DNA from: an uncultured Terracidiphilus sp.
GTDB lineage: Bacteria; Acidobacteriota; Terriglobia; Terriglobales; Acidobacteriaceae
Reading direction: 5' to 3'
Assembly: GCA_964552975.1 (NCBI GenBank)
Contig: CAZKJB010000001.1
Span: 3,897 to 67,896, forward strand
DNA: 64,000 nucleotides
Positions 1-8,709 of the stretch are shown in pieces (position 1 is the first letter of the stretch; every line of letters begins with the position of its first letter). The notes beneath the pieces were generated by a model. That model searched no databases and was not told where the DNA came from. It worked only from the letters and a program-made list of their open reading frames with translations. A program made the translations under genes and the position numbers.

Positions 1-540
1 CCCGCCTCCACGGCGTAGGACTCACCGTGGGCTCCCGCCGTTACACGATTAAAACCGGAGCGCGAATCGGTCGAGGGGCCGCCTTCCGCGAAGTTGGTTC
101 GTTTGGAGGCGATAAAGGAAGCTCATGAACTTGATTTTCTCAGCAGCGCCGGGGCAGCGATCGGGGACCCATTGGCAGCCTTCAGCGTGCCTCTTAAATC
201 CGCGATACGGCCGCTGCGGTGAGCAGGACTTAGAGCCGGATGTGTCGGCCAATCGGCAAGTATCGAAACTCTTTTGGAGCCGTTACTTGCGGTCACTCGG
301 ACGTGTTACCAAGTTCCACAAGCGCTAGCACCATTGGGGCATTGTCACTTGCAACACAGGCCGTGATGATGAACGTAGTTCCAGGGCCCTCATTTTGGGG
401 GATTTTCCCCGTGTTGTGCCTTTAATCAGGGTTGAAACGTCTTCCTTTAGGCGTGGAGCTGAGCCAGTAATGTGACTCACAGGGCGAAGCTACATTCAAA
501 TGTGGCCATTTCCAGGAATTGCTTCAAGGAGAAACATCAA

Positions 541-1161
541 ATGACGGCTCCCGGTGACGTCAAAGCCGAATTCCTCGACGGATCACCTTGGTGGGCGCTT
601 TACACCCGCCATCAGCACGAGAAGGCCGTCGCCGAGATGCTCACAGCAAAGGGTTTCGAAATCTTCCTTCCGCTCTATGAATCGACGCGCCGCTGGAAAG
701 ACAGAAGGAAGGTCATCTCTTTGCCCCTGTTCCCGTGCTATGTCTTCGTGCGCGGAGGCCTCGATCGGAGGCTGCAGGTCGTAACCACGCCGGGCGTCCA
801 CATGATTCTTCGCCGCGGCGATCAGGTGGCTATCGTACCTGAGCAGGAGATCGGGGCGATTCAAAGAGCAGTCGCAGGTTCAGTGCAAGTTGAGCCTTTT
901 CCCTTTCTGAAATGCGGCATGCGCGTCCGCGTCACGCGGGGTCCGCTCGAAGGTGTCGAGGGGATTCTGGTTCGCAAGAAGAATCTTTGGCGTCTTGTTC
1001 TCTCAGTGGATATGCTTGCACAATCGGTGGCAGTTGAGGTCCACGCTGCCGACGTGGAACCATGTGCCGCGTCGAGTAGTGCAGGGTCACTCTCTTCGCC
1101 TCAATTCGCGCCGGTCGGGCACGCTTACAGAGCGATTGAAGCTCCTGGGCTTCCAGGCTAA
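541..1161 (+). CDS. NusG-paralog transcription antiterminator (UpxY/RfaH/LoaP family)
   Basis: NGN domain (WWALYTRHQHEK...PLFPCYVFV) plus KOW motif (GMRVRVTRGPLEGVEG); AAGGAG upstream of ATG 541; first gene of a polysaccharide operon. Confidence 0.92.
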   Translation: MTAPGDVKAEFLDGSPWWALYTRHQHEKAVAEMLTAKGFEIFLPLYESTRRWKDRRKVISLPLFPCYVFVRGGLDRRLQVVTTPGVHMILRRGDQVAIVPEQEIGAIQRAVAGSVQVEPFPFLKCGMRVRVTRGPLEGVEGILVRKKNLWRLVLSVDMLAQSVAVEVHAADVEPCAASSSAGSLSSPQFAPVGHAYRAIEAPGLPG

Positions 1162-1316
1162 TACACTATAAGTTGAAGGTTGCTGGGACTGATCGATCGG
1201 CATTCGCTCCAGAGCCTTGAAAAAGCAAACCTGCTTATCGATGCGGGACTGGCCACTCGGTACGCTAAACGCGCAAAAGGGGTGGCGCATTTTTCAACTT
1301 CTGCTCGCGAGGCTCA

Positions 1317-1994
1317 ATGAACTGGATTGTTATGAAAAGTCTTAAGTTTCAATTTTCGAAAGCAACACTGCTGCTGTCTCTTCTCGTCTCTGGATTTTGC
1401 TTCGGGCAAGCGGCATTGGCCCAGCAGGGCAATGGCGCACAGGCATCCCCCACACTGAATACAGATCCGCCACCAATCGATCCGGCTGCGAAGCCTTCGC
1501 GGGCAGACGATTCGTTCATCATTGGCTCTGAAGATGTTCTCGCCATCAGCGTCTGGAAAGAACCCGATCTTACAAAGCAAATTCCGGTAAGAACGGATGG
1601 GAAGATTTCGCTGCCTCTGATCGGTGACATTCAGGCTGCGGGTCGAACGCCCTTGCAACTTCAGTTGGATATCACCGACAAACTCAAGGGCTACATTACA
1701 GATCCGCAAGTTGCCATTATCGTCCAGCAGATTAATAGCTTGAAATACAATGTTTTTGGCGAAGTCGGAAAACCGGGTTCCTATCCACTTAATGGCGGAA
1801 CAACGATCGTCGACGCGATCGCGCTGGCCGGTGGCCTCAAGGATTTTGCAAAGAAAAAAGGAATTTACATACTGCGAATTAACTCGGCAGGCGTAGAGAG
1901 TCGCTTTACATTCAATTACGAGGACTTTATCAAGGGAAAGAACACAAAGCAGAACATTCCGCTGAAGCCTCACGACACCATTGTTGTGCCCTGA
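1317..1994 (+). CDS. wza: Polysaccharide export protein, OPX/Wza family (short, Poly_export plus SLBB)
   Basis: Signal peptide; IGSEDVLAISVW, VRTDGKISLPLIG, GEVGKPGSYP; ends LKPHDTIVVP. Confidence 0.92.
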   Translation: MNWIVMKSLKFQFSKATLLLSLLVSGFCFGQAALAQQGNGAQASPTLNTDPPPIDPAAKPSRADDSFIIGSEDVLAISVWKEPDLTKQIPVRTDGKISLPLIGDIQAAGRTPLQLQLDITDKLKGYITDPQVAIIVQQINSLKYNVFGEVGKPGSYPLNGGTTIVDAIALAGGLKDFAKKKGIYILRINSAGVESRFTFNYEDFIKGKNTKQNIPLKPHDTIVVP

Positions 1995-2003
1995 AGGGTC
2001 GTC

Positions 2004-3341
2004 ATGTCCAAACTCTTGCTTTTCTTGACAATTTTCCTCAGCATCGTGTTGTCACTGTCACGGCCATTGGCGGCGCAAGTTGAGCCAAGCGCGTCGGGCG
2101 GTTCTTCTTCTGAAGACGACAGTTCGATGTCGACTCCGCCACCCGTAAGCGGGATGCCCTACGCCAGCGGCGAAGCAAAATCAAACTCCCTCAACGCTTC
2201 GGTGGGTGTTTCGGGGGCCTACCAGACTAACATTTTGCCAAACGAAACAGTAGCGCCTATCAATGAAGGTTCCGTCTCGATAGGCCCGAGCATTTCACTC
2301 ACTCGGACGACTGCGCGCCAAAGTGAAAATTTGAGTTACAGCCCCAGCTTCTCTTTCTACGAGCCAACGAGCGTTCTGGATACTGTGGGCCATAGCGCTT
2401 CTCTCTCTTTCTCTTTCCGCCTCACTCCGCATGTCTCTGCCAATGTGTCCGATTCATTTCTTCGAACAACGAACGCGTTCAACGAGTCCTATCCCTTTTC
2501 AAACCCGATCTCAGGTTCGACACTAACGACGCAGCAAATCGTAATCGCGCCGTTCCAGGGGCAGATGGTGAACTCTGTTTCAGGCGGTTTAAGCGTCCAA
2601 ATTTCCAAGAATGCGATGATCGGCGGCAGTGGCTCCTACTCCACTTTTAATCTCTTAAATCCTCAAGCTGGCGGCGGTCTTTACAATTCAACTGGAAGCG
2701 ACGTCAGCGTCTTTTACGACCGGCGCTTGACCGCTAAGCAGTATATGGGCATCGGAGACGATTATTCATGGTCGGTTGACGATGCTCCGGGCCTGCAATA
2801 TGAGTCTCAGGTCAACTCCCTGCACCCTTTCTATACGTTTTACATAAGCAAGAATACTTCGGCCTCGGTTTCTGTCGGCTTTAGTTATGTTCTTCCCTCC
2901 AGTCAGTATCTGAATCCGAGCAATTCATGGCAGCCGACATTTGGTGCCAGCGTTGGATGGCAAGGGAAGCGAAGCAGCCTCGCCGCCAGTTTCAGCCGGA
3001 GTGTCGTAACGGGTGGAGGATTGCTTGACGTCTACAATTCGTACGGTTTTTATGGGTCTGCCGGCTTAAGAGTCTCTAAAGCGTGGAGCCTTGGGCTGTA
3101 CGGTTCCTATGCGAGCGTAGGCGATATCACCACATCAAGCATTTCGCCTCTTTCCACAGGGGACACGATTTCCGGGTCGGCCTCGATGAGCCGCACATTG
3201 GGCCGGCATGCCAACTTGAGTTTCGGTTATGAGCGCCTTCACGAGTTCTACCCGACAATCGCAGTCATCGCCGCTGACCCGGATAGCGATCGAGTTTATG
3301 TCACGCTCGGTTATCAATTCCAGCGGCCTTTGGGGAGATAA
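2004..3341 (+). CDS. Outer-membrane beta-barrel protein associated with polysaccharide export
   Basis: Signal peptide; Ser/Gly/Tyr-rich alternating beta-strand pattern; C-terminal VYVTLGYQF; lies between wza and the co-polymerase. Confidence 0.7.
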   Translation: MSKLLLFLTIFLSIVLSLSRPLAAQVEPSASGGSSSEDDSSMSTPPPVSGMPYASGEAKSNSLNASVGVSGAYQTNILPNETVAPINEGSVSIGPSISLTRTTARQSENLSYSPSFSFYEPTSVLDTVGHSASLSFSFRLTPHVSANVSDSFLRTTNAFNESYPFSNPISGSTLTTQQIVIAPFQGQMVNSVSGGLSVQISKNAMIGGSGSYSTFNLLNPQAGGGLYNSTGSDVSVFYDRRLTAKQYMGIGDDYSWSVDDAPGLQYESQVNSLHPFYTFYISKNTSASVSVGFSYVLPSSQYLNPSNSWQPTFGASVGWQGKRSSLAASFSRSVVTGGGLLDVYNSYGFYGSAGLRVSKAWSLGLYGSYASVGDITTSSISPLSTGDTISGSASMSRTLGRHANLSFGYERLHEFYPTIAVIAADPDSDRVYVTLGYQFQRPLGR

Positions 3342-3343
3342 GA

Positions 3344-4963
3344 ATGCCCGATCAATTGGAAGAAGAATCACAAGGACTCAATCTCGATCGCGTTCTCGGA
3401 ATGGTGCGTCGCCGGCACCTGCCGTTTCTCATTGCCCTCTTCGTCGGCTGGGCGGCAGTATGGGGGGCCAGTTGGGTCTTGCCGCCCCGCTACAAATCGA
3501 GCACCACCATTATGGTGGAAGAGCCCTCCATGCCGCAGGATTACGTGCAGCCCAATGTAAGTGACGACCTGCAGGCCCGCGTGCAGAACATCAAGACTCA
3601 GCTGCAGAGCAAAACGCGCCTCCTGATGATCATTGATCGGCTTCACTTGTACGGTGGAGCAAAGGACCCGGCAACGGAAGATGCCCGTGTGGAGCAGATG
3701 CGCGATGATTTCGATGTCACTCTGGTGCGCGACCCGCAAAGGTTTGACGTCACAGCTTTTCAGATTTCCTATAATTCCCCCGACCCCAATATTGCTCAAC
3801 AAGTAACCCGCGAACTCGCCGACGTCTTTATCTCAGAGAATGATAAAGAGCGCCAGAATGAGTCTCAGGGAACGACAACTTTCTTTGAGAAGCAACTCGA
3901 GGACGCGCGCCAGAATCTGGCGGATCAGGAAGCGAAAGTTCATCAGTACGAGGCGATGCACGAAGGGGCCTTGCCCACCCAGCAGGCCAGTAATTTGCAG
4001 ATTCTATCGGGACTGCAGTCTCAGCTGGAAAGTGAAGAGGGCGCCTTAAGTACTGCCAAGCAGCAGCGCGTCTACCTTCAGGCGCTGCTGGAACAGCAGA
4101 AAGCCTCTCTCAGTAAGGTGCGGCCTGTCAGCGGGCCCGGTGCGGCTTCTTCCACCCCAACCGACCTGCCGACGGTCAACGAGCAACTGGCAAAACTGCA
4201 ATCGCAGCTCGACGATCTGAGTTCGCGCTACACCGAGCAGTATCCCGATGTCGTGAGCCTTAAGCACCAGATCGCCAGATTGCAAGCTGTCCGGGAAAAT
4301 CTCATCGCGGCCGCGAAAGCCAGGAGCAAAGAGCCCGTCCCGACCAGTCCCACATCGATTGATGATCTTGATCCATCAGCGAGCGCGCCGATGCAGCAGA
4401 CGCAGAGCCAATTGCAGGCGAATCAGGCTGAGATCAGCAACAGAGAAAACTCAATCAGCAATCTCAAGGCAAGAATCAGTGACTATCAGGGGCGGCTGAA
4501 CGCAGAGCCCGCCACCGAGCAGCAGCTTGATGATCTAAACCGTGGTTTCACTCAGTCCCAGGCAAACTACGACGCGCTGCTGAAGAAAAAAGACGATTCG
4601 AAAATGGCGACGAGCATGGAGCAAATGCAGCAGGGTGAGCGGTTCATCACACTCGATCCCCCCAGCTTGCCGACCAGCCCGGACTTTCCCAATCGCCTTA
4701 AGTTCTGCGGACTGGGAATAGGCGTCGGGCTGCTGCTTGGTATAGCCATAGCGGGCGGACTTGAATTCATGGACGATCGCATCCATACCGGAAAGGAAAT
4801 CAAAGCCCTGCTTCCGGTGGCGGTTATTTCCGAAATTCCCGAAGTCGTAACTGTGCTGGATAAGAAGAGAGCGAAAAGAAGAATTACTTTAGGATGGGTC
4901 ACGACCGCATTTGTCATGGTGACCATTCTTGCCGGTTCGGCATACAGCTATCTGTCCAGCTAG
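3344..4963 (+). CDS. Polysaccharide co-polymerase / chain-length determinant (GumC/Wzc periplasmic part)
   Basis: N- and C-terminal TM helices, long coiled coil, RYTEQYPDV and DPPSLPTSPDFPNR motifs. Confidence 0.9.
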   Translation: MPDQLEEESQGLNLDRVLGMVRRRHLPFLIALFVGWAAVWGASWVLPPRYKSSTTIMVEEPSMPQDYVQPNVSDDLQARVQNIKTQLQSKTRLLMIIDRLHLYGGAKDPATEDARVEQMRDDFDVTLVRDPQRFDVTAFQISYNSPDPNIAQQVTRELADVFISENDKERQNESQGTTTFFEKQLEDARQNLADQEAKVHQYEAMHEGALPTQQASNLQILSGLQSQLESEEGALSTAKQQRVYLQALLEQQKASLSKVRPVSGPGAASSTPTDLPTVNEQLAKLQSQLDDLSSRYTEQYPDVVSLKHQIARLQAVRENLIAAAKARSKEPVPTSPTSIDDLDPSASAPMQQTQSQLQANQAEISNRENSISNLKARISDYQGRLNAEPATEQQLDDLNRGFTQSQANYDALLKKKDDSKMATSMEQMQQGERFITLDPPSLPTSPDFPNRLKFCGLGIGVGLLLGIAIAGGLEFMDDRIHTGKEIKALLPVAVISEIPEVVTVLDKKRAKRRITLGWVTTAFVMVTILAGSAYSYLSS

Positions 4964-4976
4964 GTACATTCACTCA

Positions 4977-5837
4977 ATGTATAAAGCCTTCTTCCATCTG
5001 ACGCGCAACCCGTTTGATCTGACGCCAGATCCGAATTGTTTCGTGCCGACGCCACGACACAATGAGGCGCTGGCGGCCCTTTACTATGGCGTACGCCGCC
5101 ACAAGGGTTTCGTTGTGGTAACCGGCGAAGTCGGCACTGGCAAGACATTGCTGCTTCGCTGCCTCCTCCGTCTGCTCGAGAACAGCAAGGACATTGCCTA
5201 CGCTTACCTGTTTAATAGCAGACTTTCTCCTACGGATTTCCTGCAATACATACTCGCCGACTTCGGCCTCCCCTCGTCGGGGAAGAACAAATGTGAACTG
5301 CTGCTCGATCTAAGCAAGTTTCTTGTCACGCGGGGCACAAAGCAAATGACCACGGTCCTCGTCGTCGATGAAGCGCACGACTTGCCAGTGGACACACTGG
5401 AAGAATTGCGCCTTCTGTCTAACCTCGAAACGACGGAAGACAAACTGTTGCAGATTATCCTGGTTGGACAGCCTGAGCTTGACAAGAAACTGGACTCGGT
5501 CGAGCTTCGCCAACTGAAGCAGCGAATCGCGCTTCGCACGCAGCTTGGAGCGTTGACCGCCAAACAGACTCAGGAATATATCGAGCAGCGATTGCGGATT
5601 GCGGGAGCCGATCCTAACGCTCAACCGCTGTTTTCGCCTCAGGCGGTCGCCGCCATTTATTCCTACTCGCGCGGATACCCTCGCCTCATCAACATCCTTT
5701 GCGAAAATGCGCTGATTAGCGCGTACGCAAAAGAGGTGTCAACTGTGACCGCTCGCATTATTGAGGACGTGGCGACTGAGTTCCGCCTTGAATCATTCTG
5801 GCATCCTGAACAAAGTGTGCGGGTGGAACAAGGCTGA
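4977..5837 (+). CDS. ExeA-family AAA ATPase (EPS/exosortase-locus type)
   Basis: MYKAFFHLTRNPFDLTPDP start, Walker A GEVGTGKT, Walker B VVDEAH, LVGQPEL, SRGYPRLINILC. Confidence 0.9.
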   Translation: MYKAFFHLTRNPFDLTPDPNCFVPTPRHNEALAALYYGVRRHKGFVVVTGEVGTGKTLLLRCLLRLLENSKDIAYAYLFNSRLSPTDFLQYILADFGLPSSGKNKCELLLDLSKFLVTRGTKQMTTVLVVDEAHDLPVDTLEELRLLSNLETTEDKLLQIILVGQPELDKKLDSVELRQLKQRIALRTQLGALTAKQTQEYIEQRLRIAGADPNAQPLFSPQAVAAIYSYSRGYPRLINILCENALISAYAKEVSTVTARIIEDVATEFRLESFWHPEQSVRVEQG

Positions 5838-6087
5838 GAGGCCGGTCCAACTTTTATCGTCAAAGGCCATTTCATCACCACAATCGCCCGAATGGCCAAT
5901 CATCCGCTGGTAATCAAGCTGGTTTTGCTCGGCCCTCGCAAGAGGCTGATGCAATGCCTCCTTTCGCGTGAAACCGGTTCAACAAATCTCCAAATAGAAT
6001 GCCGCATCCAGCAAGAGCCGGTACTGGTAGCGGGCGATTTCGCGATTCGTTGCGGATTGAATCAGCCCACGGAGCAAAAGAGAATCA

Positions 6088-7095
6088 ATGAGCCAAATTT
6101 TTGACGCCTTACAGAAATCGGAGTCCGAGCGGTCCGGACAAGAATCAGCCCTACCTCAGGGCGCCGAGTTGCTTCGGCGTGCTGAGCGGGACGCGGCCAC
6201 GAAGTGGGAAGCAAAAGGCCCCCAGGCTGAGACTGCCGGCATCGCTTTAGAAAATGGGAGCCACGGCAGCGAAACCTCAAACGGCGCGGGAGGGACTCAT
6301 CCCTCAGGACCGGCGGTTGGAACCGACGCCTCAGGCAAGCCTTTGTCGGCCGTTTCTGACGCCGGGTCCGCTGAGGAGCGCTTGGCGTTCTTCGGCAAAA
6401 TCCAATCGCTTCCCGTTTCGATCGCATCGGAAGGCCGGTTGGTATTCCTCGCCGACCGGGAGAGTCCGACGTCTGAAGCAATGCGCCTTTTGGGCGTGCG
6501 GCTCAGGGATCTCCGGCGCATCCGGCCCCTCAAGAGCGTGCTTATCACAAGTTCGATCCCTCGAGAGGGCAAGACTACGATGTCTGCCAATCTCTCCTGT
6601 GCTCTGGCCCATGGGAGCGAAGAAAAAACCCTGATTATAGAAGGCGATGTGCGGATCCCCGCCTTGCGGCAGATGTTTGGGGTCGAAAGCGTCCCGGGTC
6701 TGTGTGAATTCGTCGAGCAAGATCGCAGCCTCTCGGATTGCATCTACCATCTCGAAGGCGCGGGAGTGTGGCTTCTGCCAACCGGCCACGCTCCATCCAA
6801 TCCGTTGGAAGTCCTCCAGTCGCCAAAGATCCCCGCGATGATGGATTGGTTAGCGTCATGCTTTGACTGGATCATTATTGATTCTCCCCCCGTCCTCCCT
6901 TTGGCTGATACGAGCATCTGGATGAGACTTGCCGATGGAATCCTCATGGTCGTGCGGCAGGGAACCAGCGAAAAGCAGCAGCTGCAAAGGGGACTCGAAG
7001 CTCTTGAACAGAAAAAGCTGCTTGGCGCAGTTTTGAACTGCGCTGCAACCTCCGCCTACAGTGATTACTATTACCGCTCATCAGCTGAGTCCTAA
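6088..7095 (+). CDS. CpsD/CapB-family protein tyrosine kinase
   Basis: TSSIPREGKTT, IIEGDVR, IIIDSPP and a C-terminal Tyr cluster YSDYYY. Confidence 0.92.
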   Translation: MSQIFDALQKSESERSGQESALPQGAELLRRAERDAATKWEAKGPQAETAGIALENGSHGSETSNGAGGTHPSGPAVGTDASGKPLSAVSDAGSAEERLAFFGKIQSLPVSIASEGRLVFLADRESPTSEAMRLLGVRLRDLRRIRPLKSVLITSSIPREGKTTMSANLSCALAHGSEEKTLIIEGDVRIPALRQMFGVESVPGLCEFVEQDRSLSDCIYHLEGAGVWLLPTGHAPSNPLEVLQSPKIPAMMDWLASCFDWIIIDSPPVLPLADTSIWMRLADGILMVVRQGTSEKQQLQRGLEALEQKKLLGAVLNCAATSAYSDYYYRSSAES

Positions 7096-7327
7096 CTGCC
7101 CGAAGCTCTGCTCGACCCCTTCAATTAACTGAGACTGGCCCGCGCCAACCTCACCACAGATTATGCAAGTTGCGCGAGCCGCATGATGTTCGCTGCAAAG
7201 ACAGTTGCGATCGATGCCGCCTGTGGCTTTCATCAAGACAATGAACGACGTGCCACAAGCCGATCTGCGTAAAACCTGCCGTTAAGATCGGCCGACATGC
7301 AAGCGATCGCAGGGAGAGGAGTCTATC

Positions 7328-8482
7328 GTGTCCCTTTCACATCAGAACAAATCACTTCACATCGATGATCCTTTGCTGGAGTCCGCGCCAGTTCTGAAAC
7401 GTGCGCCTCTTGACGAGGCAACGTTTCGGCAAATGATTGCAATTGAACGCAAGCGAACCGAGCGTTCTAAGGCGCCTTTCGTGCTGATGCTGCTCGAAGC
7501 TGACAGCGATCTGGGATCAAAGCAGGACCGCGCCACGCTTGACACTGCCACAAAGGCGCTCATTGCGTCGAGCAGAGACACTGACCTGATTGGTTGGTAC
7601 CAGCAAGGTGTAACTCTGGGTGCAATCTTTACGGGGCTAGTCGTCAACGATAAACGTACGATCCTGGAAACCTTCCTGGCCAAAATTAATGCGATGCTGA
7701 AGGAGGAGTTGACGGAAGATCAATTCAATAAACTGAGGATATCCTTTCACTTCTTCCCCGATGATTGGGACCACGAGAAGCCCGGACGAGCCAGTAACGA
7801 GACCCTCTATCCTGATCTAACTCGCCATGACAAGGGCCGGCGTTCCGTGCTCTTGCTCAAGCGCGTCATCGACATCACTGGCAGTGTTTCTATGTTGATC
7901 TTATGCGCACCTTTGTTGATTGCCATTGCCGTGGCTGTTAAGGTCTCCTCGAAAGGCCCCGTGTTCTTTCGACAAAGGCGAGTCGGACGGTATGGAAAGA
8001 CATTTACATTCCTCAAATTTCGCTCGATGTACGTCAATAATGACCCTACCGTTCACAAGGAATTCGTGACGCGTCTCATCGCGAGCCAGACAGTGGAAGT
8101 ACAAAAGCAGGAAGCTGGCTCCTCCGTTTTCAAGCTTACGAACGACAAAAGAATTACCTATGTGGGAAAGTTCCTCCGGAGAACGAGCCTCGACGAACTG
8201 CCGCAATTTCTTAATGTGCTCGTGGGTGATATGTCGCTCGTCGGGCCCCGTCCTCCGATCCCCTATGAGTTAGCTGCCTACCAAACATGGCACCGTCGCC
8301 GCCTGTTGGGGGTGAAACCCGGAATCACCGGACTTTGGCAGGTAATCAGCCGAAGCACCGTCCAATTCGATGAGATGGTACGGTTGGACCTGCGCTACGC
8401 CTCCACCTGGACCCCGTGGCTCGACTTTAAGATCCTTCTGCGTACACCCCTGGCAGTCATCAAAGGAACAGGCGCATATTAA
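7328..8482 (+). CDS. Priming phosphoglycosyltransferase (Bac_transf) with N-terminal GGDEF-like extension
   Basis: [46 protein letters not shown]; GTG start after GGGAGAGG. Confidence 0.93.
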   Translation: MSLSHQNKSLHIDDPLLESAPVLKRAPLDEATFRQMIAIERKRTERSKAPFVLMLLEADSDLGSKQDRATLDTATKALIASSRDTDLIGWYQQGVTLGAIFTGLVVNDKRTILETFLAKINAMLKEELTEDQFNKLRISFHFFPDDWDHEKPGRASNETLYPDLTRHDKGRRSVLLLKRVIDITGSVSMLILCAPLLIAIAVAVKVSSKGPVFFRQRRVGRYGKTFTFLKFRSMYVNNDPTVHKEFVTRLIASQTVEVQKQEAGSSVFKLTNDKRITYVGKFLRRTSLDELPQFLNVLVGDMSLVGPRPPIPYELAAYQTWHRRRLLGVKPGITGLWQVISRSTVQFDEMVRLDLRYASTWTPWLDFKILLRTPLAVIKGTGAY

Positions 8483-8709
8483 GTGCCGGCCAGGAACCTT
8501 CCTCTTCAAGATCGTGCCCGCACGCAATGCCGATTGATTCATGCGGGCCGGGGTCTTGCTTCTACGGCGCGGAAATAACCTTCCGACGCGGCACAATCAT
8601 AAGAAATCTGCATTCCAGTTATTTTTCACTCCTTTCCCCAGAATGCCGTATCCCCTTGTGTCGGACCTCAGGTTCGGCTCAGTGGCAGTTTCAGAGGAGC
8701 TAATAGAGT

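Noticed and set aside
49-425. Short ORFs (61-67 aa) upstream of the antiterminator
   Set aside because: Overlapping in several frames with no recognisable motifs; not supportable as genes
4977-5837. Type II secretion system
   Set aside because: ExeA-like ATPase only; no secretin, pseudopilins or other gsp genes in the window
5892-6104. 70-aa ORF in the ATPase-kinase spacer
   Set aside because: No SD, no motif, overlaps the kinase start; the region is better explained as structured non-coding sequence
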